DNA of 64,000 nucleotides from an uncultured delta proteobacterium. Its GTDB lineage: Bacteria; Myxococcota; Myxococcia; Myxococcales; Anaeromyxobacteraceae. The notes under the pieces are model-generated. The model was not told where the DNA came from and searched no databases. It saw only the letters and a list, made by a program, of their open reading frames with translations. Below, piece after piece: positions 1 through 10,648 of the stretch. Position numbers and translations under genes: made by a program. Location: NCBI GenBank assembly GCA_963766715.1, contig CAVYBH010000008.1:640001-704000 (forward strand). Direction: 5' to 3'. The stretch's first letter is position 1; each line of letters opens with the position of its first letter.

Positions 1-829
1 TCCGGAGCGGGTCGTCGAGCATCGCCTTCATGCCGCCGATGCTCTCCCGCATCCGGGCCTGCGCGGCCTCGAGCGCCGGGGCGTCCACCGCCACGTCGAC
101 GCGGTCGGCGCCGGCGCCCAGGTAGACGAGCCCGCCCACCACCGACTCGGGCGGCGCCTGCCACTTCTGCTGCGCGTAGAGGGCGTACTGGGCCACCTGC
201 ATGTGGTCGGCCCCGCGCTCCTTGCCGGTCTTCCAGTCGAGGACGTGGATCCGGTCGTCCTCGTCCCGGTAGGCGAAGTCGATGGCCACCCAGATCTTGG
301 TCCCCTCGAAGCTCCAGGAGTCGAGCTCGTCGACGGTGAGCCAGCGCGCCGCCGGGATGGCGCGGATCCGGTCGAAGGTCTGGCTGCCGTAGAAGGCGCG
401 GATCGAGCCCTCGATGAGCTCGTCCCAGATCCGCTTCCACTCCTCGGGCGCCACCGGCTCGGCGTACTCGTGCTCGAGGAGGCCCGGGATGCGCTTGGGG
501 TCGCGCCAGTAGCTCTTGTCGCGCGAGCCGGCGAACTGGGTCCGGGAGCGGCGCCGGGTCTCCTCGAGGAGCTGGTCGAGCGCCTTGCGGTCCCCGGTGA
601 AGCGGGAGCGGTTCAGCATGTGGCGCAGCGCCTCGTGCACCACGGAACCCGCCCACTGCCAGCGGGAGGAGAGGTTCTTCAGGACGTACAGCTCCCGGGT
701 GTCCGGGCCCTTGGCCGCGTCCCAGCCGCCCCAGGAGCCGTAGTAGTGGAACCAGTAGGCGCGCGGGCACTCCGCGAACTTCTCGTGGCGCGACTTGGAC
801 CAGGAGAACTCGTTCTGCAGCTCCCTCAC
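1..829 (-). CDS. PD-(D/E)XK nuclease superfamily protein (RecB/Cas4-like fold), 3' end outside window
   Basis: Manual translation from GTG at 829: MRELQNEFSWSKSRHEKFAECPRAYWFHYYGSWGGW...GSVVHEAL...VDELDS...WVAIDFAY...ILDWKTGK...HMQVAQYALY. The S.S...CP, G...H, D-WKTG and QxxxY motifs are typical of the family. GTGA overlap with the upstream gene's stop. Missing from the ORF track because it has no stop in the window. Confidence 0.8.
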   Translation of the reverse strand, partial: MRELQNEFSWSKSRHEKFAECPRAYWFHYYGSWGGWDAAKGPDTRELYVLKNLSSRWQWAGSVVHEALRHMLNRSRFTGDRKALDQLLEETRRRSRTQFAGSRDKSYWRDPKRIPGLLEHEYAEPVAPEEWKRIWDELIEGSIRAFYGSQTFDRIRAIPAARWLTVDELDSWSFEGTKIWVAIDFAYRDEDDRIHVLDWKTGKERGADHMQVAQYALYAQQKWQAPPESVVGGLVYLGAGADRVDVAVDAPALEAAQARMRESIGGMKAMLDDPLR

Positions 830-2311
830 GGCTTCCTCACCTCGACCTCTCCGATGGGGAGCCCGTCGAGCTGCGGCTTCACCACCGCCGGGTCGCCGAC
901 CATCACGGTGGAGAGGCGGGCGGGGTCGAGGAAGCGCTGCGCCACCTGCTGGACGTCGGCGGCGGTGACCGCCCGGACCGCGGCGGGATAGCGGCTCCAC
1001 CAGTCGTCGGGCAGCGCGTAGACCACCTGCTCGGCGACCCGGCCGGCGATGCCGGCGACGGACGCGAAGTCGGCGGGCAGGGAACGGACGATGCCGTCCT
1101 TCGAGTCCTCGAGCTCCGCCTGCGGGCACGGGGACGTCGCGGAGCGCGTTCACCTGCGCGAGCAGGTCGCGGATGGCCTGGGCCGTGGCGTCGGCGCGCA
1201 CGCTGCCGCCCAGGTAGGAGGCCCCGCCCAGCTTCTGGGCGCTCTCCCGCGCGGAGAGGCCGTAGGTGTAGCCCTTGTCCTCGCGCAGGTCGCGGAAGAG
1301 GCGCGAGGCCGAGCCGCCGCCGAGCACCTGGAAGAGGACCTGGGCCGCCACGTACTGCGGGTCGCTGCGGGCCATGCCGGGCATTCCCAGGATGAGGAAG
1401 GTCTGCGGGGCGTCCGGCTTCTCCACGAGCACGGCCCGGCGCTGGCCGGCCGGGCTCTCGGCGCTGGCCGGGCGGGCCGGGGCGCTACCCGTCCACCCGG
1501 AGAGCGCCTTCGCGAGCTCGGCGCGGAGCGTGGCGGCATCGACGTCCCCGACCACCACCAGCTCGGCGGCGCCGGGGCGCCAGTGCTCGGCGTGGAAGCG
1601 GGCCAGGTTCTCTCGCGTCGTCCGGGCCACCGACTCCTCGGTGCCGCCCGACCAGTGGCCGTAGGGGTGGTTGCCCCAGAAGAGCTTGCCGAAGGTCTTC
1701 GACGCGATGGCGCCCGGCTGGTCGCGCTGCTGCAGCAGGGACACCTTCCGCTGGTCCTGGACGCGGCCGAAGTCGGAGGCCGGGAAGGCCGGATTCATGG
1801 TGACGTCGGCGAGCAGCTCGAGCAGCTTCGGCAGGTGGCGCGAGAGGGAGCTCCCGGAGAGGTAGGCGGCGTCCATGCTGGCGCCGGCGCCGAGCGAGGC
1901 GCCCAGGAAGCCGAGCTCGTCGGAGAGCTGGATGGCCGAGCGCGTCTTCGTCCCCTCGGTGACCATGGCGGCGGTGAAGCTGGCCACGCCCGGGAGGTCG
2001 GCCGGATCGCGCGCCGCGCCTCCCTCGAGCAGCACCAGGTGCACGGCGACGATGGGGAGGCGGTGGGACTCGACCAGCCGGACGGCGAGGCCGTTCGGCA
2101 GCGTGAACTTCTGCTGCACCGGGAGGTGCAGGTCGACGGGCGGGCCGAGCGGCGGGACCGACAGGGCCGTGGGCGACGGCGCGACGGCGGGCGCCGCCGC
2201 GGGGGCCACGGCGGCCGGCGCGTCGGGAGCGGGGCGGGGCGCGGTGGTGGCGCAGGCCGCGAGGGCGAGCGCCAGGGCCGCGAGCCAGGAGGCGGAGATA
2301 CGGGGGCGCAT
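826..2311 (-). CDS. M16 family (insulinase-like) peptidase subunit, lipoprotein; contains indel frameshifts
   Basis: ATG at 2311 gives MRPRISASWLAALALALAAC (lipobox). It continues LPNGLAVRLVESHRLP, DLPGVASFTAAMVTEGT, HPYGH, LGGGSASRLFRDLREDKGYTYG and ends in ORF 826..1026. No HXXEH seen (non-catalytic partner). Frameshifts near 1125 and 1200-1260. Confidence 0.8.
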
Positions 2312-3670
2312 CACTTGGCCTCCTTCGCGGCAGCCGGGGCGGCCGGGCGCGGGACGACGGTCAGCGCGACGCGGTTCCTGTTCGCCAGGTACTTCGCGGC
2401 GGCCGCGCGGACGTCCTCCGCGGTGAGGGCGCGGAAGCGCTCCAGGTCCTTGCCCAGGTAGCCGGGGTCGCCGGTCTCCCAGTAGTAGGAGTTGAGGTGG
2501 GAGGCGCGGCCGCCGAAGCCGCCCACCGGCTCGAGGCCGAAGATGACCTGCGACTCGATCCGGTTCTTGGCCCGCTGCAGCTCCTCGCGCCGTGGGCCCG
2601 TCCTTCGCGATCCGGGCGATCTCCTGGTCGACGACCGCCTCGAGCTGCTCGGGCTTCACGCCCGGCTTGGGCGTGGCCACCACGACGAACATGCCGGCGA
2701 GCGCCTGGCGACTGCTGTCCCGCCATGACGTTCTGGGCGATCCGCTCCTCCATCACGAGGCGTCGGGTGAGGCGGCTCGACTTCCCGGTGGCCAGCACGT
2801 CGCCGAGCACCTCGAGCGCGGCGTCGCCGTCGGCGTACTCCCTGGGGGTCTGCCAGGCCAGGTAGAGCCGGGGCAGCTGGACCTGATCCGTCAGGGTGAC
2901 CCGCTTCTCGGCGGCGAGCGGCGAGGGCAGCGGCCTGACCCGCGCGCGGCGGGGGCGCGGCCGGGATCCCGCCGAAGTACCGCTCGACCATCGCGCGGGT
3001 CTTCACCGGGTCGATGTCGCCCACGATGGCGAGCGACGCGTTCCCGGGGCCGTACCAGCGCTGGTAGAACTCGCGCACGTCGGCGAGCGACGCCGCCTGG
3101 AGGTCCTCGTGCGAGCCGATGGCCTGCCAGTGGTAGGGGAACTCGGGGTTCCAGAGGTTCTCGAGGAGCACCTTCCAGGCCAGGCCGTAGGGCTTCATCT
3201 CGTAGTTCTCGCGCCGCTCGTTGCGCACCACCTCGCGCTGGTTGTCGAGCTTGGCCTGGTCGAGCGTGGGCAGCAGGTGGCCCATGCGCTCGGCCTGGAT
3301 GAAGAGCATCTGCTCGAGCGCGTTCGAGGGGACCTGCTCCCAGTACTGGGTGCGGTCGGGGCTGGTGGAGCCGTTCGACGACGCCGCCGGCGGCCTCGAT
3401 GAGCCGGTCGGACTCGCCCTTGGGGAGGTTGGCCGTCCCCTGGAACATGAGGTGCTCGTACAGGTGGGCGAAGCCGGTGCGGCCGGGCTTCTCGTCCTTC
3501 GAGCCCACGTCGTAGAGCATCTCGACCCCGACGAGCGGGGCGGTGTGATCCTCGGAGAGGATGACGTGCAGGCCGTTCGGCAGCGTGAACTGCTGGAACG
3601 GGATGGATGGGACGGCCTGGGGGGCGGCGGCCATCGAGGCGCCGCAGGCGAGGGCGAGGAGGGCGTTCAT
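2311..3670 (-). CDS. M16 family zinc peptidase, catalytic subunit; contains indel frameshifts
   Basis: Pieces in ORFs 2891..3670 (signal peptide, LPNGL, GFAHLYEHLMFQGT = HXXEH), 2656..3309 (QREVVRNERR), 2361..2810 and 2311..2526. Confidence 0.85.
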
Positions 3671-3692
3671 TCCCCCTCCTTCTAACGTGGAT

Positions 3693-4937
3693 CTACCCGC
3701 GCGGCTCGATCCGCATGCCCTTGGGGATGACCACGATGCCGCTCTCGGTCACCTGGAAGCGGGCCTTGTCCTCCTCGGGGTCGTAGCCGATGACCGTCCC
3801 GGGCGGGATGTCGACGTGCTTGTCGATGATGGCCCGCCGGATCTTGCAGTGGCGTCCCACCGTCACGTCCTCGAAGAGGATGGCGCCCTCCACGTAGCTG
3901 TAGCTGTTGATGCGCACGCGGGGCGAGAGGATGGAGTGGTGCACGTTGCCGCCCGAGACGATGCAGCCCTCGGAGATGAGCGAGTCGGTGGCGCGGCCGA
4001 CCCGGTTCTCGGCGGCGTTGTTGAAGACGAACTTGGCCGGCGGGTAGTTGTACCGGATGGTGAAGATGGGCCACTCGAAGTTGTAGAGGGAGAAGACCGG
4101 GTCCACGTCGACCAGGTCCATGTTGGACTGGTAGTACGCGTCCAGGCTCCCCACGTCGCGCCAGTAGCCCCGCTCCTTCTCCGACTGGCCGGGCACGATG
4201 TTGGTCATGAAGTCGTAGACGAAGACGCGCTTGCGGGCGTGCATCGACGTGACGATCGACTTGCCGAAGTCGTGGGCCGAGGCCGCGTCGCCGGCGTCGC
4301 GGACGATCTCCTGCACCAGCGAGTCGGTGGTGAAGAGGTAGTTGCCCATCGAGGCCAGGCAGCGGGTGTCGTCGCCGGGCATGGTCTTCTCGGTCCCGGG
4401 CTTGGGCTTCTCGACGAAGCCGATCATCCGGCCGTCGGGGGCCATCTCGATGATGCCGAAGTCGTGGGCCTCGGCGCGCGGCACCGGGATGGCGGCCACC
4501 GTCAGGTCGGCCTGGTGGCCGGTGTGGTAGTCGAGCATCTGGCGCACGTCCATGCGGTAGACGTGGTCGGCGCCGAAGACGAAGGTGTAGTCCGGCTCCT
4601 CGTCGGTGATGATGTTCAGGTTCTGGTAGATGGCGTCGGCGGAGCCCTCGAACCACTTCGGGCCGTAGCGCATCTGCGCCGGCACGATCTCCACGTACTC
4701 GTTGAGGAGCGAGGTGAGGCGCCAGGCCCGCTGCACGTGGGTGTTGAGGGAGTCCGACTTGTACTGGACGAGCACCTTCATCCGCACGATGCCGGAGTTG
4801 GCGAAGTTGGAGAGGACGAAGTCGATGATGCGGTAGCGGCCGCCGAAGGGCACCGCCGGCTTGGCGCGCTCGCGGGTGAGCGGATCGAGCCGCCGCCCTT
4901 CCCCACCAGCCAGGATCATCGCGAGCACCTTCGTCAT
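3693..4937 (-). CDS. glgC: glucose-1-phosphate adenylyltransferase
   Basis: [79 protein letters not shown] upstream. Confidence 0.97.
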   Translation of the reverse strand: MTKVLAMILAGGEGRRLDPLTRERAKPAVPFGGRYRIIDFVLSNFANSGIVRMKVLVQYKSDSLNTHVQRAWRLTSLLNEYVEIVPAQMRYGPKWFEGSADAIYQNLNIITDEEPDYTFVFGADHVYRMDVRQMLDYHTGHQADLTVAAIPVPRAEAHDFGIIEMAPDGRMIGFVEKPKPGTEKTMPGDDTRCLASMGNYLFTTDSLVQEIVRDAGDAASAHDFGKSIVTSMHARKRVFVYDFMTNIVPGQSEKERGYWRDVGSLDAYYQSNMDLVDVDPVFSLYNFEWPIFTIRYNYPPAKFVFNNAAENRVGRATDSLISEGCIVSGGNVHHSILSPRVRINSYSYVEGAILFEDVTVGRHCKIRRAIIDKHVDIPPGTVIGYDPEEDKARFQVTESGIVVIPKGMRIEPRG

Positions 4938-5027
4938 GTTCGACCTCCTCGACCGACTCTAGCAGGGCTCGGGGGCGCGGCAAGTGCGCTTGGCGGGGGG
5001 CGGAACCGGTGTTATGAGGTCGCCCCC

Positions 5028-5963
5028 GTGAGGGAATCCACCGCCATCGCCAGGGAACCCGCACGCGCGCTCGCGCCCGTGCCCGATCGCTGCGTGCTCT
5101 GCGGGGACTCCCGGCTCGCCCTGCGCTTCCCGGCCCGGGGGCAGATGGCCCAGCTCGACGGCGGCGCCTGGCGCTGCACCAGCTTCGGCCACCGGCACCA
5201 CCCCCCCATCTATGGATGCGAGGACTGCGGCCTGCTCTTCCAGTGGCCCATGCCGTCGGACGAGGCGCTCCACGAGGCCTACACCGGCGTGGTCGACCCG
5301 CTCTACATGTCCGAGCGGGAGAACCGCATCCTCACGTTCCGCAACGTGATCCGGACGCTGGGGCCCGGCACCGGGCGCCGCCTGCTCGACGTGGGCGCCT
5401 ACTGTGGGTACTTCCTCGAGGTGGCACGGGAGCACGGCTTCCGCGCCGAGGGGCTCGAGCTCTCCCGCTGGGCCGCCTCGCACGCCCGGGCGCAGGGCTT
5501 CACCGTCCACTCCACGCCGCTCGAGACCCTCGCCGGCACGGCCGAGCGCTACGAGGTCCTCACCCTCTGGGACGTGGTCGAGCACCTGCCCGACCCGCGC
5601 GAGGAGCTGGCGGCGGCCCGCATGCTGCTCCTCCCCGGCGGCCGCCTCTACCTCTCGACCATCGACACCGGCAGCCTGGTGGCCCGGCTGCTCGGCGCCC
5701 GCTGGCCCTGGCTCATGGACATGCACCTCGTCTACTTCGACCGCCCCACCATGTCGGCGCTGCTCGAGGAGGCGGGGTTCCGCGTCACCGGGATCCGCAC
5801 CTACAGCCACACGGTCTCGGCCGGCTACCTGCTCCGCAAGATCGGCGCCAGCTTCCCGGTGCTCTCGCCCTTCACCCATTCGCTCGCGCGGGTGGTCCCG
5901 CCGAGCTGGCCGGTCCCGGTGAACCTCGGCGACAACATGCTGGTGAGCGCCGAGCGGATCTGA
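5028..5963 (+). CDS. class I SAM-dependent methyltransferase with N-terminal CxxC...CxxC (glycan-locus type)
   Basis: C-terminal part of ORF 3561..5963: CVLCG...CEDCGL, LLDVGAYCGYFL, GLELS, TLWDVVEHLPDP. Start chosen at GTG 5028. Confidence 0.85.
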   Translation: MRESTAIAREPARALAPVPDRCVLCGDSRLALRFPARGQMAQLDGGAWRCTSFGHRHHPPIYGCEDCGLLFQWPMPSDEALHEAYTGVVDPLYMSERENRILTFRNVIRTLGPGTGRRLLDVGAYCGYFLEVAREHGFRAEGLELSRWAASHARAQGFTVHSTPLETLAGTAERYEVLTLWDVVEHLPDPREELAAARMLLLPGGRLYLSTIDTGSLVARLLGARWPWLMDMHLVYFDRPTMSALLEEAGFRVTGIRTYSHTVSAGYLLRKIGASFPVLSPFTHSLARVVPPSWPVPVNLGDNMLVSAERI

Positions 5964-5966
5964 TCC

Positions 5967-7067
5967 ATGGAGAAGCCGCCGCGCCGCGCGCTGGTCGCGC
6001 TGGTCGCCGTCTCCCTGGGGCTCACCGCGCTGGTCCCGCTCACCAACACGAGCCCGTACGGCGACCTGTCGGCGGGCTACACCGACCACCTCCACCACGC
6101 GCACGCCACCTGGGTCTTCCTCCAGAAGGGGCTCGACGCGTACCGGCTCCCGCTCGCCGAGTCGTCGCGCGGGGTCGAATACCCGCAGCAGACCGGCGCC
6201 TGGCCTCGGATGCCGGTGAACTATCCGCCCGGGATGTTCGCGGTCTTCCTGCCCGCCGCCATCGCCGGGCGGCTCGTTCCCATGAGCCAGGAGACCTTCG
6301 GCCGGGTGGGGGTGCTCTGGCTGCTCGTGCTCGCCCACCTCGCGCTGCTCGGGATCTTCGCGCTTCTCGCCGAGGAGCCGGCCGGCGGCCGCGCCGTGGT
6401 GGGGATGATCGCCTGGGTCTACCTGATCCGGCTGGCGCTGCAGGGGTTCTACGACGTCACCTTCCTCGGCGCGGGGGCCATGGCGCTCCTCTCGCTCCGC
6501 CGGAGCCGACCCGATCGCGCGCTCCTCTGGCTGGCGCTGGCCGGCCTCCTCCACTACCGGGCGGTGGCGCTCGTTCCGGTGGGCGTGGTCGCGCTCTGGC
6601 AGGCGCTCACCGCGCCCCGCGAGGAGCGCCCCTGGGGCGCGATCGCCGCGGTCGGCCTGGCCGGGGCGGTGGTGGTCGGGACCTTCCTCCTGCAGTGGCC
6701 GGCCACCAAGGCCTACCTCGACACCCTGCACCCTTCACTCGGCGTGATCGGCGCCGGGGCCCGGTTCTGGGCGGTGGTGGCGGCGAGCGCGGCGGCCGCG
6801 GCGGCCTCGTGGTGGTACGGGAGTCCGCTGGTGGCGGGACTGGTGGCCGCAGCCCTCGGCCTCGCCCTCACCGACATCTACGACTGGTGGCACGGGGCGG
6901 TCCTGCTCTTCGCCCCCATGGCCGTGGGCGTGGGGGGCGCGCGGGCCGCCTCGACGGCCCGGGCGGTGCTCGTCGGGTGGCTGCTCCTCATGCAGCCGCT
7001 CGGCTTCGACCAGACCCCGAGCGACCTGTTCCTCGACTTCGCAAAGCACTACCGACCGAAAAACTGA
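5967..7067 (+). CDS. polytopic membrane protein, possible GT-C type glycosyltransferase
   Basis: About 10 hydrophobic segments; first loop has YTDH and NYPPG (YPP is common in GT87-like enzymes); 3 bp downstream of the methyltransferase. Confidence 0.55.
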   Translation: MEKPPRRALVALVAVSLGLTALVPLTNTSPYGDLSAGYTDHLHHAHATWVFLQKGLDAYRLPLAESSRGVEYPQQTGAWPRMPVNYPPGMFAVFLPAAIAGRLVPMSQETFGRVGVLWLLVLAHLALLGIFALLAEEPAGGRAVVGMIAWVYLIRLALQGFYDVTFLGAGAMALLSLRRSRPDRALLWLALAGLLHYRAVALVPVGVVALWQALTAPREERPWGAIAAVGLAGAVVVGTFLLQWPATKAYLDTLHPSLGVIGAGARFWAVVAASAAAAAASWWYGSPLVAGLVAAALGLALTDIYDWWHGAVLLFAPMAVGVGGARAASTARAVLVGWLLLMQPLGFDQTPSDLFLDFAKHYRPKN

Positions 7068-7170
7068 ATTGTTGCCATGATATTGCGACAGCTTGCGCCC
7101 CGAGCAGGGGCTCGTGGACAATGCACCCTTTCGGGTCCCAGCCTGCCGGGGACCCCCGAAGGGGCCCGCC

Positions 7171-7284
7171 ATGAAGTTCATCGAGCTCGACTTCCGCACC
7201 ACCCCCTGGACACTCCGGGTGAAGGTCCTCTGGGCGGCGATCATCGGGGGGAAGGTGCTCCTGGGCGGCGGCCCGACGGCCTGA
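7171..7284 (+). CDS. small hypothetical protein (37 aa)
   Basis: GAAGGGG then ATG at 7171; MKFIELDFRTTPWTLRVKVLWAAIIGGKVLLGGGPTA with host-like GC-ending codons; fills an otherwise empty gap. Confidence 0.55.
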   Translation: MKFIELDFRTTPWTLRVKVLWAAIIGGKVLLGGGPTA

Positions 7285-7318
7285 CGCGGCGGCCCCCCGG
7301 CCGCGCGGCCATTCCCCG

Positions 7319-7771
7319 TCAGTAGGCGACGCGGACGACGATGCGGTTCTCGCCGGGCCGAACCTCGACTCTCGCCTCGTCGAACCCCGGCGGCCCCATG
7401 AATCCCTTGGCGTCGTTCGAGGCGCCGAGCCCCTCGGTGGGGATGCCCAGGAAGCCGGTGTCGAGCTTCCCGTTGCCGTTCTCGTCGTGGTACGCGGCGA
7501 CGGCGTAGCCGCCCGGCGAGAGTCCCTGGAAGACCACCCGGGCCGTTCCCCCCGAGATGAACGCGTCGGCCTGGCGGAAGGCCTTGGCCGGCCGGGTGGG
7601 GAACCCGTCCGCCGAGGCGTAGAGCGAGGCGTGGACCGTCCCCGCGTCGTCCTTCAGCCCCGCGATCTCGACGGTCAGGGAGGCGGCCGGGGCGGGCGGG
7701 GCGGAAGCCGGTGGCAACTCCTCCGCGGCGAGGAGGGTGCAGAGGACGAGGAACGTGGCGCGCACGGGCAC
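7319..7771 (-). CDS. DUF2141 family secreted protein
   Basis: Signal peptide; YAVAAYHDENGNGKLDTGFLGIPTEGLGASND is characteristic of DUF2141. Confidence 0.88.
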   Translation of the reverse strand: MPVRATFLVLCTLLAAEELPPASAPPAPAASLTVEIAGLKDDAGTVHASLYASADGFPTRPAKAFRQADAFISGGTARVVFQGLSPGGYAVAAYHDENGNGKLDTGFLGIPTEGLGASNDAKGFMGPPGFDEARVEVRPGENRIVVRVAY

Positions 7772-7772
7772 C

Positions 7773-8273
7773 TCAGACGTGGCGGGGTGGGCGCAGCGGA
7801 CGCAGGGCCGGCCCGTGCCCCGCCTCGTGGGCGAGCAGCCAGGCCTTCACGTCGGCGCCGCCGGCGTAGCCGCCCAGGCGCCCCCCGGCGGCGACCACCC
7901 GGTGGCAGGGAACGAGGATGGCGACGGGATTCTGGCCGTTGGCGTTGCCCACCGCGCGGGCGCCGCGGGAGCCGATGCGGGCGGCCAGTTCACCATAGGT
8001 GACCACCTCGCCCCAGGGGATGGCGAGCAGCGCCTCCCAGACGATCCGCTGGTGCTCGGTCCCGTGCAGGTCGAGGGGCGGGAGGAGCGGCGGCTGGCCG
8101 GAGAAGTAGTCGGCCAGCGCCTGCAGCCCGGCCTCCAGGTTGTGGCGGGTCTTCTTGCTGATGGGGGGGCGGACCCCGTCGCGCCCGCCGAAGCGGACGC
8201 TGCACACCCCCTCGTCCGTCGCCTCCACCGAGAGGGTCCCGACGGGCGACCGGAAGCGGGCGAGTGCGGTCAT
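7773..8273 (-). CDS. ogt: methylated-DNA--protein-cysteine methyltransferase
   Basis: IPWGEVVTYGELA, ARAVG, ILVPCHRVV active site, GGYAGG. Confidence 0.93.
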   Translation of the reverse strand: MTALARFRSPVGTLSVEATDEGVCSVRFGGRDGVRPPISKKTRHNLEAGLQALADYFSGQPPLLPPLDLHGTEHQRIVWEALLAIPWGEVVTYGELAARIGSRGARAVGNANGQNPVAILVPCHRVVAAGGRLGGYAGGADVKAWLLAHEAGHGPALRPLRPPRHV

Positions 8274-8293
8274 GACCGGCCGAGTCTAGAACA

Positions 8294-10648
8294 TCACCCG
8301 CGCCTGAGGAACTTGGCGATCACCCGCTTCTCGCCGACCCCGGGAAAGGCCACCGTGACCTTGGCCTCCGGCCCGGGGCCGTCGCAGGTCCGCACCAGGC
8401 CCACCCCCAGGCTGGGGTGGGTCACCCGGTCACCCGCGGTGAAGGCCGCCCTCGTCCCCTCGGGGCGCTGATCGAAGGAGTAGTCCACCGTGGGACCGCC
8501 CGGCCGCCGGGGAGCCGGCCGGGCCGGGGCCGGGGGCGTGCGCGAGGGTGCGTCCTCGCCGTCGTACTCGATGACCGGATCGCCGGGGAGCGAGCCGGGG
8601 TGGCGCCGGATCACCGGCCCGGTCGGCGCGGGGCGCGGCGGCGGCCGGGAGGGAAGGCCGAACAGCTCCGGCGGGAGGTCGCCCAGGAAGCGGGACGGCT
8701 CCCGCTCCCGCCAGCTCGGTCCGGCCTCGCCATAGGCCATGCGCCGGCGGGCGAGCGACAGGGTGAGCCGCGACTTCGCGCGGGTCATGCCGACGTAGCA
8801 GAGGCGCCTCTCCTCGTCGAGCTCGGCGGCCCGCTCCCCGCCCTCGGACTCGCGCCGCCAGGGGCGCTCGTAGGGCAGCATGCCCTCCTCGACGCCGGCC
8901 AGGAACACCGCCTCGAACTCGAGCCCCTTGGCCGCGTGGAGCGTCATGAGCGCCACCCGGCCCTCCGGCGTCGGCCCGTCGGCGTCGCCGATGAGGGCGA
9001 TCTGCTCGAGGAAGCGGGCCAGGGGCGGCGGGAGCGGCTCCTCCGGATCGCGGGAGGGGCGCTCGGTGGCCCGCGCCTCGTCGAACTCGCGGGCCGCCGC
9101 CACCAGCTCGAGCAGGTTCTCGGCCTTGTCGGCGGCCTCGTCGGTCCCCTCCGCCTTGAGCCGCTCCAGCAGTCCACTCCGGGTGACGGCCTCCTGCACG
9201 GCCACGCCGGCGTCGAGCCCGGGGATGTCCTGGTGCAGCCCGGCCACCACCTCGTGGAACTCCCCCAGGTTGCGCCGCGCCGCGGACTTCAGCTCGTCGA
9301 TCTCGTCCCGGCGCCCCACCGCCTCGAAGAGGGTGAGGCCGTTGCCGGCGGCGAAGGCCTGGAGCCGCTCGAGCGTCTTCTCGCCGATGCCGCGGGCCGG
9401 GCGGTTGACCACCCGGAGCAGGTCGAGGTCGGAGGAGGGGTTGAGCGCGAGCCGCAGCCAGGCCGCCGCGTCGCGCACCTCGGCTCGCTCGTAGAAGCTC
9501 GTGCCCCGCACGATCACGTACGGGATGCGCCCCGCGCGCAGCGCCGCCTCGAGCGGGCGCGACTGGGCGTTCACCCGGTAGAGCACGGCGATCTCGTCGC
9601 CCCGGGTCCCGCGGTGGCGCTCGGCCTCCACCGCCGCCGTGATCCGCTGGGCCTCCTCGTGCTCGTCCTGGGCCACCAGCAGGGCGAGCGGCGCCCCGGC
9701 CTCCCGGGTGGTCCAGAGCTTCTTCTCCCGGCGGCGCGTGGCCCGCGAGATGACCGCGTGGGCGGCCTCGAGCACGTTGGCGGTGGAGCGGTAGTTCTGC
9801 TCCAGCTTCACCACCCGGACGCCCGGGAAGTCCTTGTCGAAGTCGAGGATGTTGGACACGTCGGCGCCGCGCCAGCGGTAGATGGCCTGGTCGTCGTCGC
9901 CCACCACGCAGACGTTCCGGCGCTCCCCGGCGAGCAGGCGCAGGAGCCGGTACTGCGCGGGGTTCGTGTCCTGGAACTCGTCCACCAGCACGTGGCGGAA
10001 GCGCTGGCTCCAGCGGGCCCGCAGCTCGGGGTCGGCGTCGAGGAGCTGCGCCGGGCGCAGCAGGAGGTCGCCGAAGTCCACCGCGCCGGCCCGGGAGAGG
10101 GCCTTCTCGTAGCGGCGCCACACCTCGAGGCTGCGCTCGGTCTCGACGTCGTGCTCCTCGAAGCGCACCGAGCCGGGCGAGTGGCCCAGGTTCTTCCAGC
10201 GATCGATGCGGGAGAGCACGTCGCGCGGGCCGAAGCGGCCGTCGTCGGAGATCCCCATGTCGGCCAGGATCCGCTTCACCAGCCGCTTCTGGTCGTCGTC
10301 GTCGTAGATGGCGAAGGAGGGCGGCAGGCCGGCCCGGGCCGCCTCGCGCCGCAGGAAGCGGGCCCCGAAGGCGTGGAAGGTCTGCACCCAGGCGTCGGCC
10401 CCCTCCAGCCCGAGCAGGTCGGCGAGCCGCTCCCGCATCTCGCCCGCCGCCTTGTTGGTGAAGGTGACGGCGAGCACGTGCCAGGGGGCGATGCCCCGCT
10501 CCCGGATCAGGTGGGCGATGCGGTGCACGATGACGCGGGTCTTGCCCGAGCCCGCGCCGGCGAGCACCAAGAGCGGCCCGTCCCCGTGCAGGACCGCCTC
10601 GCGCTGGGCGTCGTTCAGCGGGTCGAGGATGGGGTCGACGGGCGCCAT
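8294..10648 (-). CDS. uvrD: UvrD/PcrA ATP-dependent DNA helicase
   Basis: LAGAGSGKT, TFTNKAA, VDEFQDTN, VGDDDQAIY, LEQNYRST, TLHAAKGLEF, EERRLCYVGMTRA, C-terminal Tudor-like domain. Confidence 0.95.
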   Translation of the reverse strand: MAPVDPILDPLNDAQREAVLHGDGPLLVLAGAGSGKTRVIVHRIAHLIRERGIAPWHVLAVTFTNKAAGEMRERLADLLGLEGADAWVQTFHAFGARFLRREAARAGLPPSFAIYDDDDQKRLVKRILADMGISDDGRFGPRDVLSRIDRWKNLGHSPGSVRFEEHDVETERSLEVWRRYEKALSRAGAVDFGDLLLRPAQLLDADPELRARWSQRFRHVLVDEFQDTNPAQYRLLRLLAGERRNVCVVGDDDQAIYRWRGADVSNILDFDKDFPGVRVVKLEQNYRSTANVLEAAHAVISRATRRREKKLWTTREAGAPLALLVAQDEHEEAQRITAAVEAERHRGTRGDEIAVLYRVNAQSRPLEAALRAGRIPYVIVRGTSFYERAEVRDAAAWLRLALNPSSDLDLLRVVNRPARGIGEKTLERLQAFAAGNGLTLFEAVGRRDEIDELKSAARRNLGEFHEVVAGLHQDIPGLDAGVAVQEAVTRSGLLERLKAEGTDEAADKAENLLELVAAAREFDEARATERPSRDPEEPLPPPLARFLEQIALIGDADGPTPEGRVALMTLHAAKGLEFEAVFLAGVEEGMLPYERPWRRESEGGERAAELDEERRLCYVGMTRAKSRLTLSLARRRMAYGEAGPSWREREPSRFLGDLPPELFGLPSRPPPRPAPTGPVIRRHPGSLPGDPVIEYDGEDAPSRTPPAPARPAPRRPGGPTVDYSFDQRPEGTRAAFTAGDRVTHPSLGVGLVRTCDGPGPEAKVTVAFPGVGEKRVIAKFLRRG

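Noticed and set aside
1..829. Cas4/CRISPR association of the PD-(D/E)XK nuclease
   Set aside because: No repeat-spacer array or other cas genes in the window.
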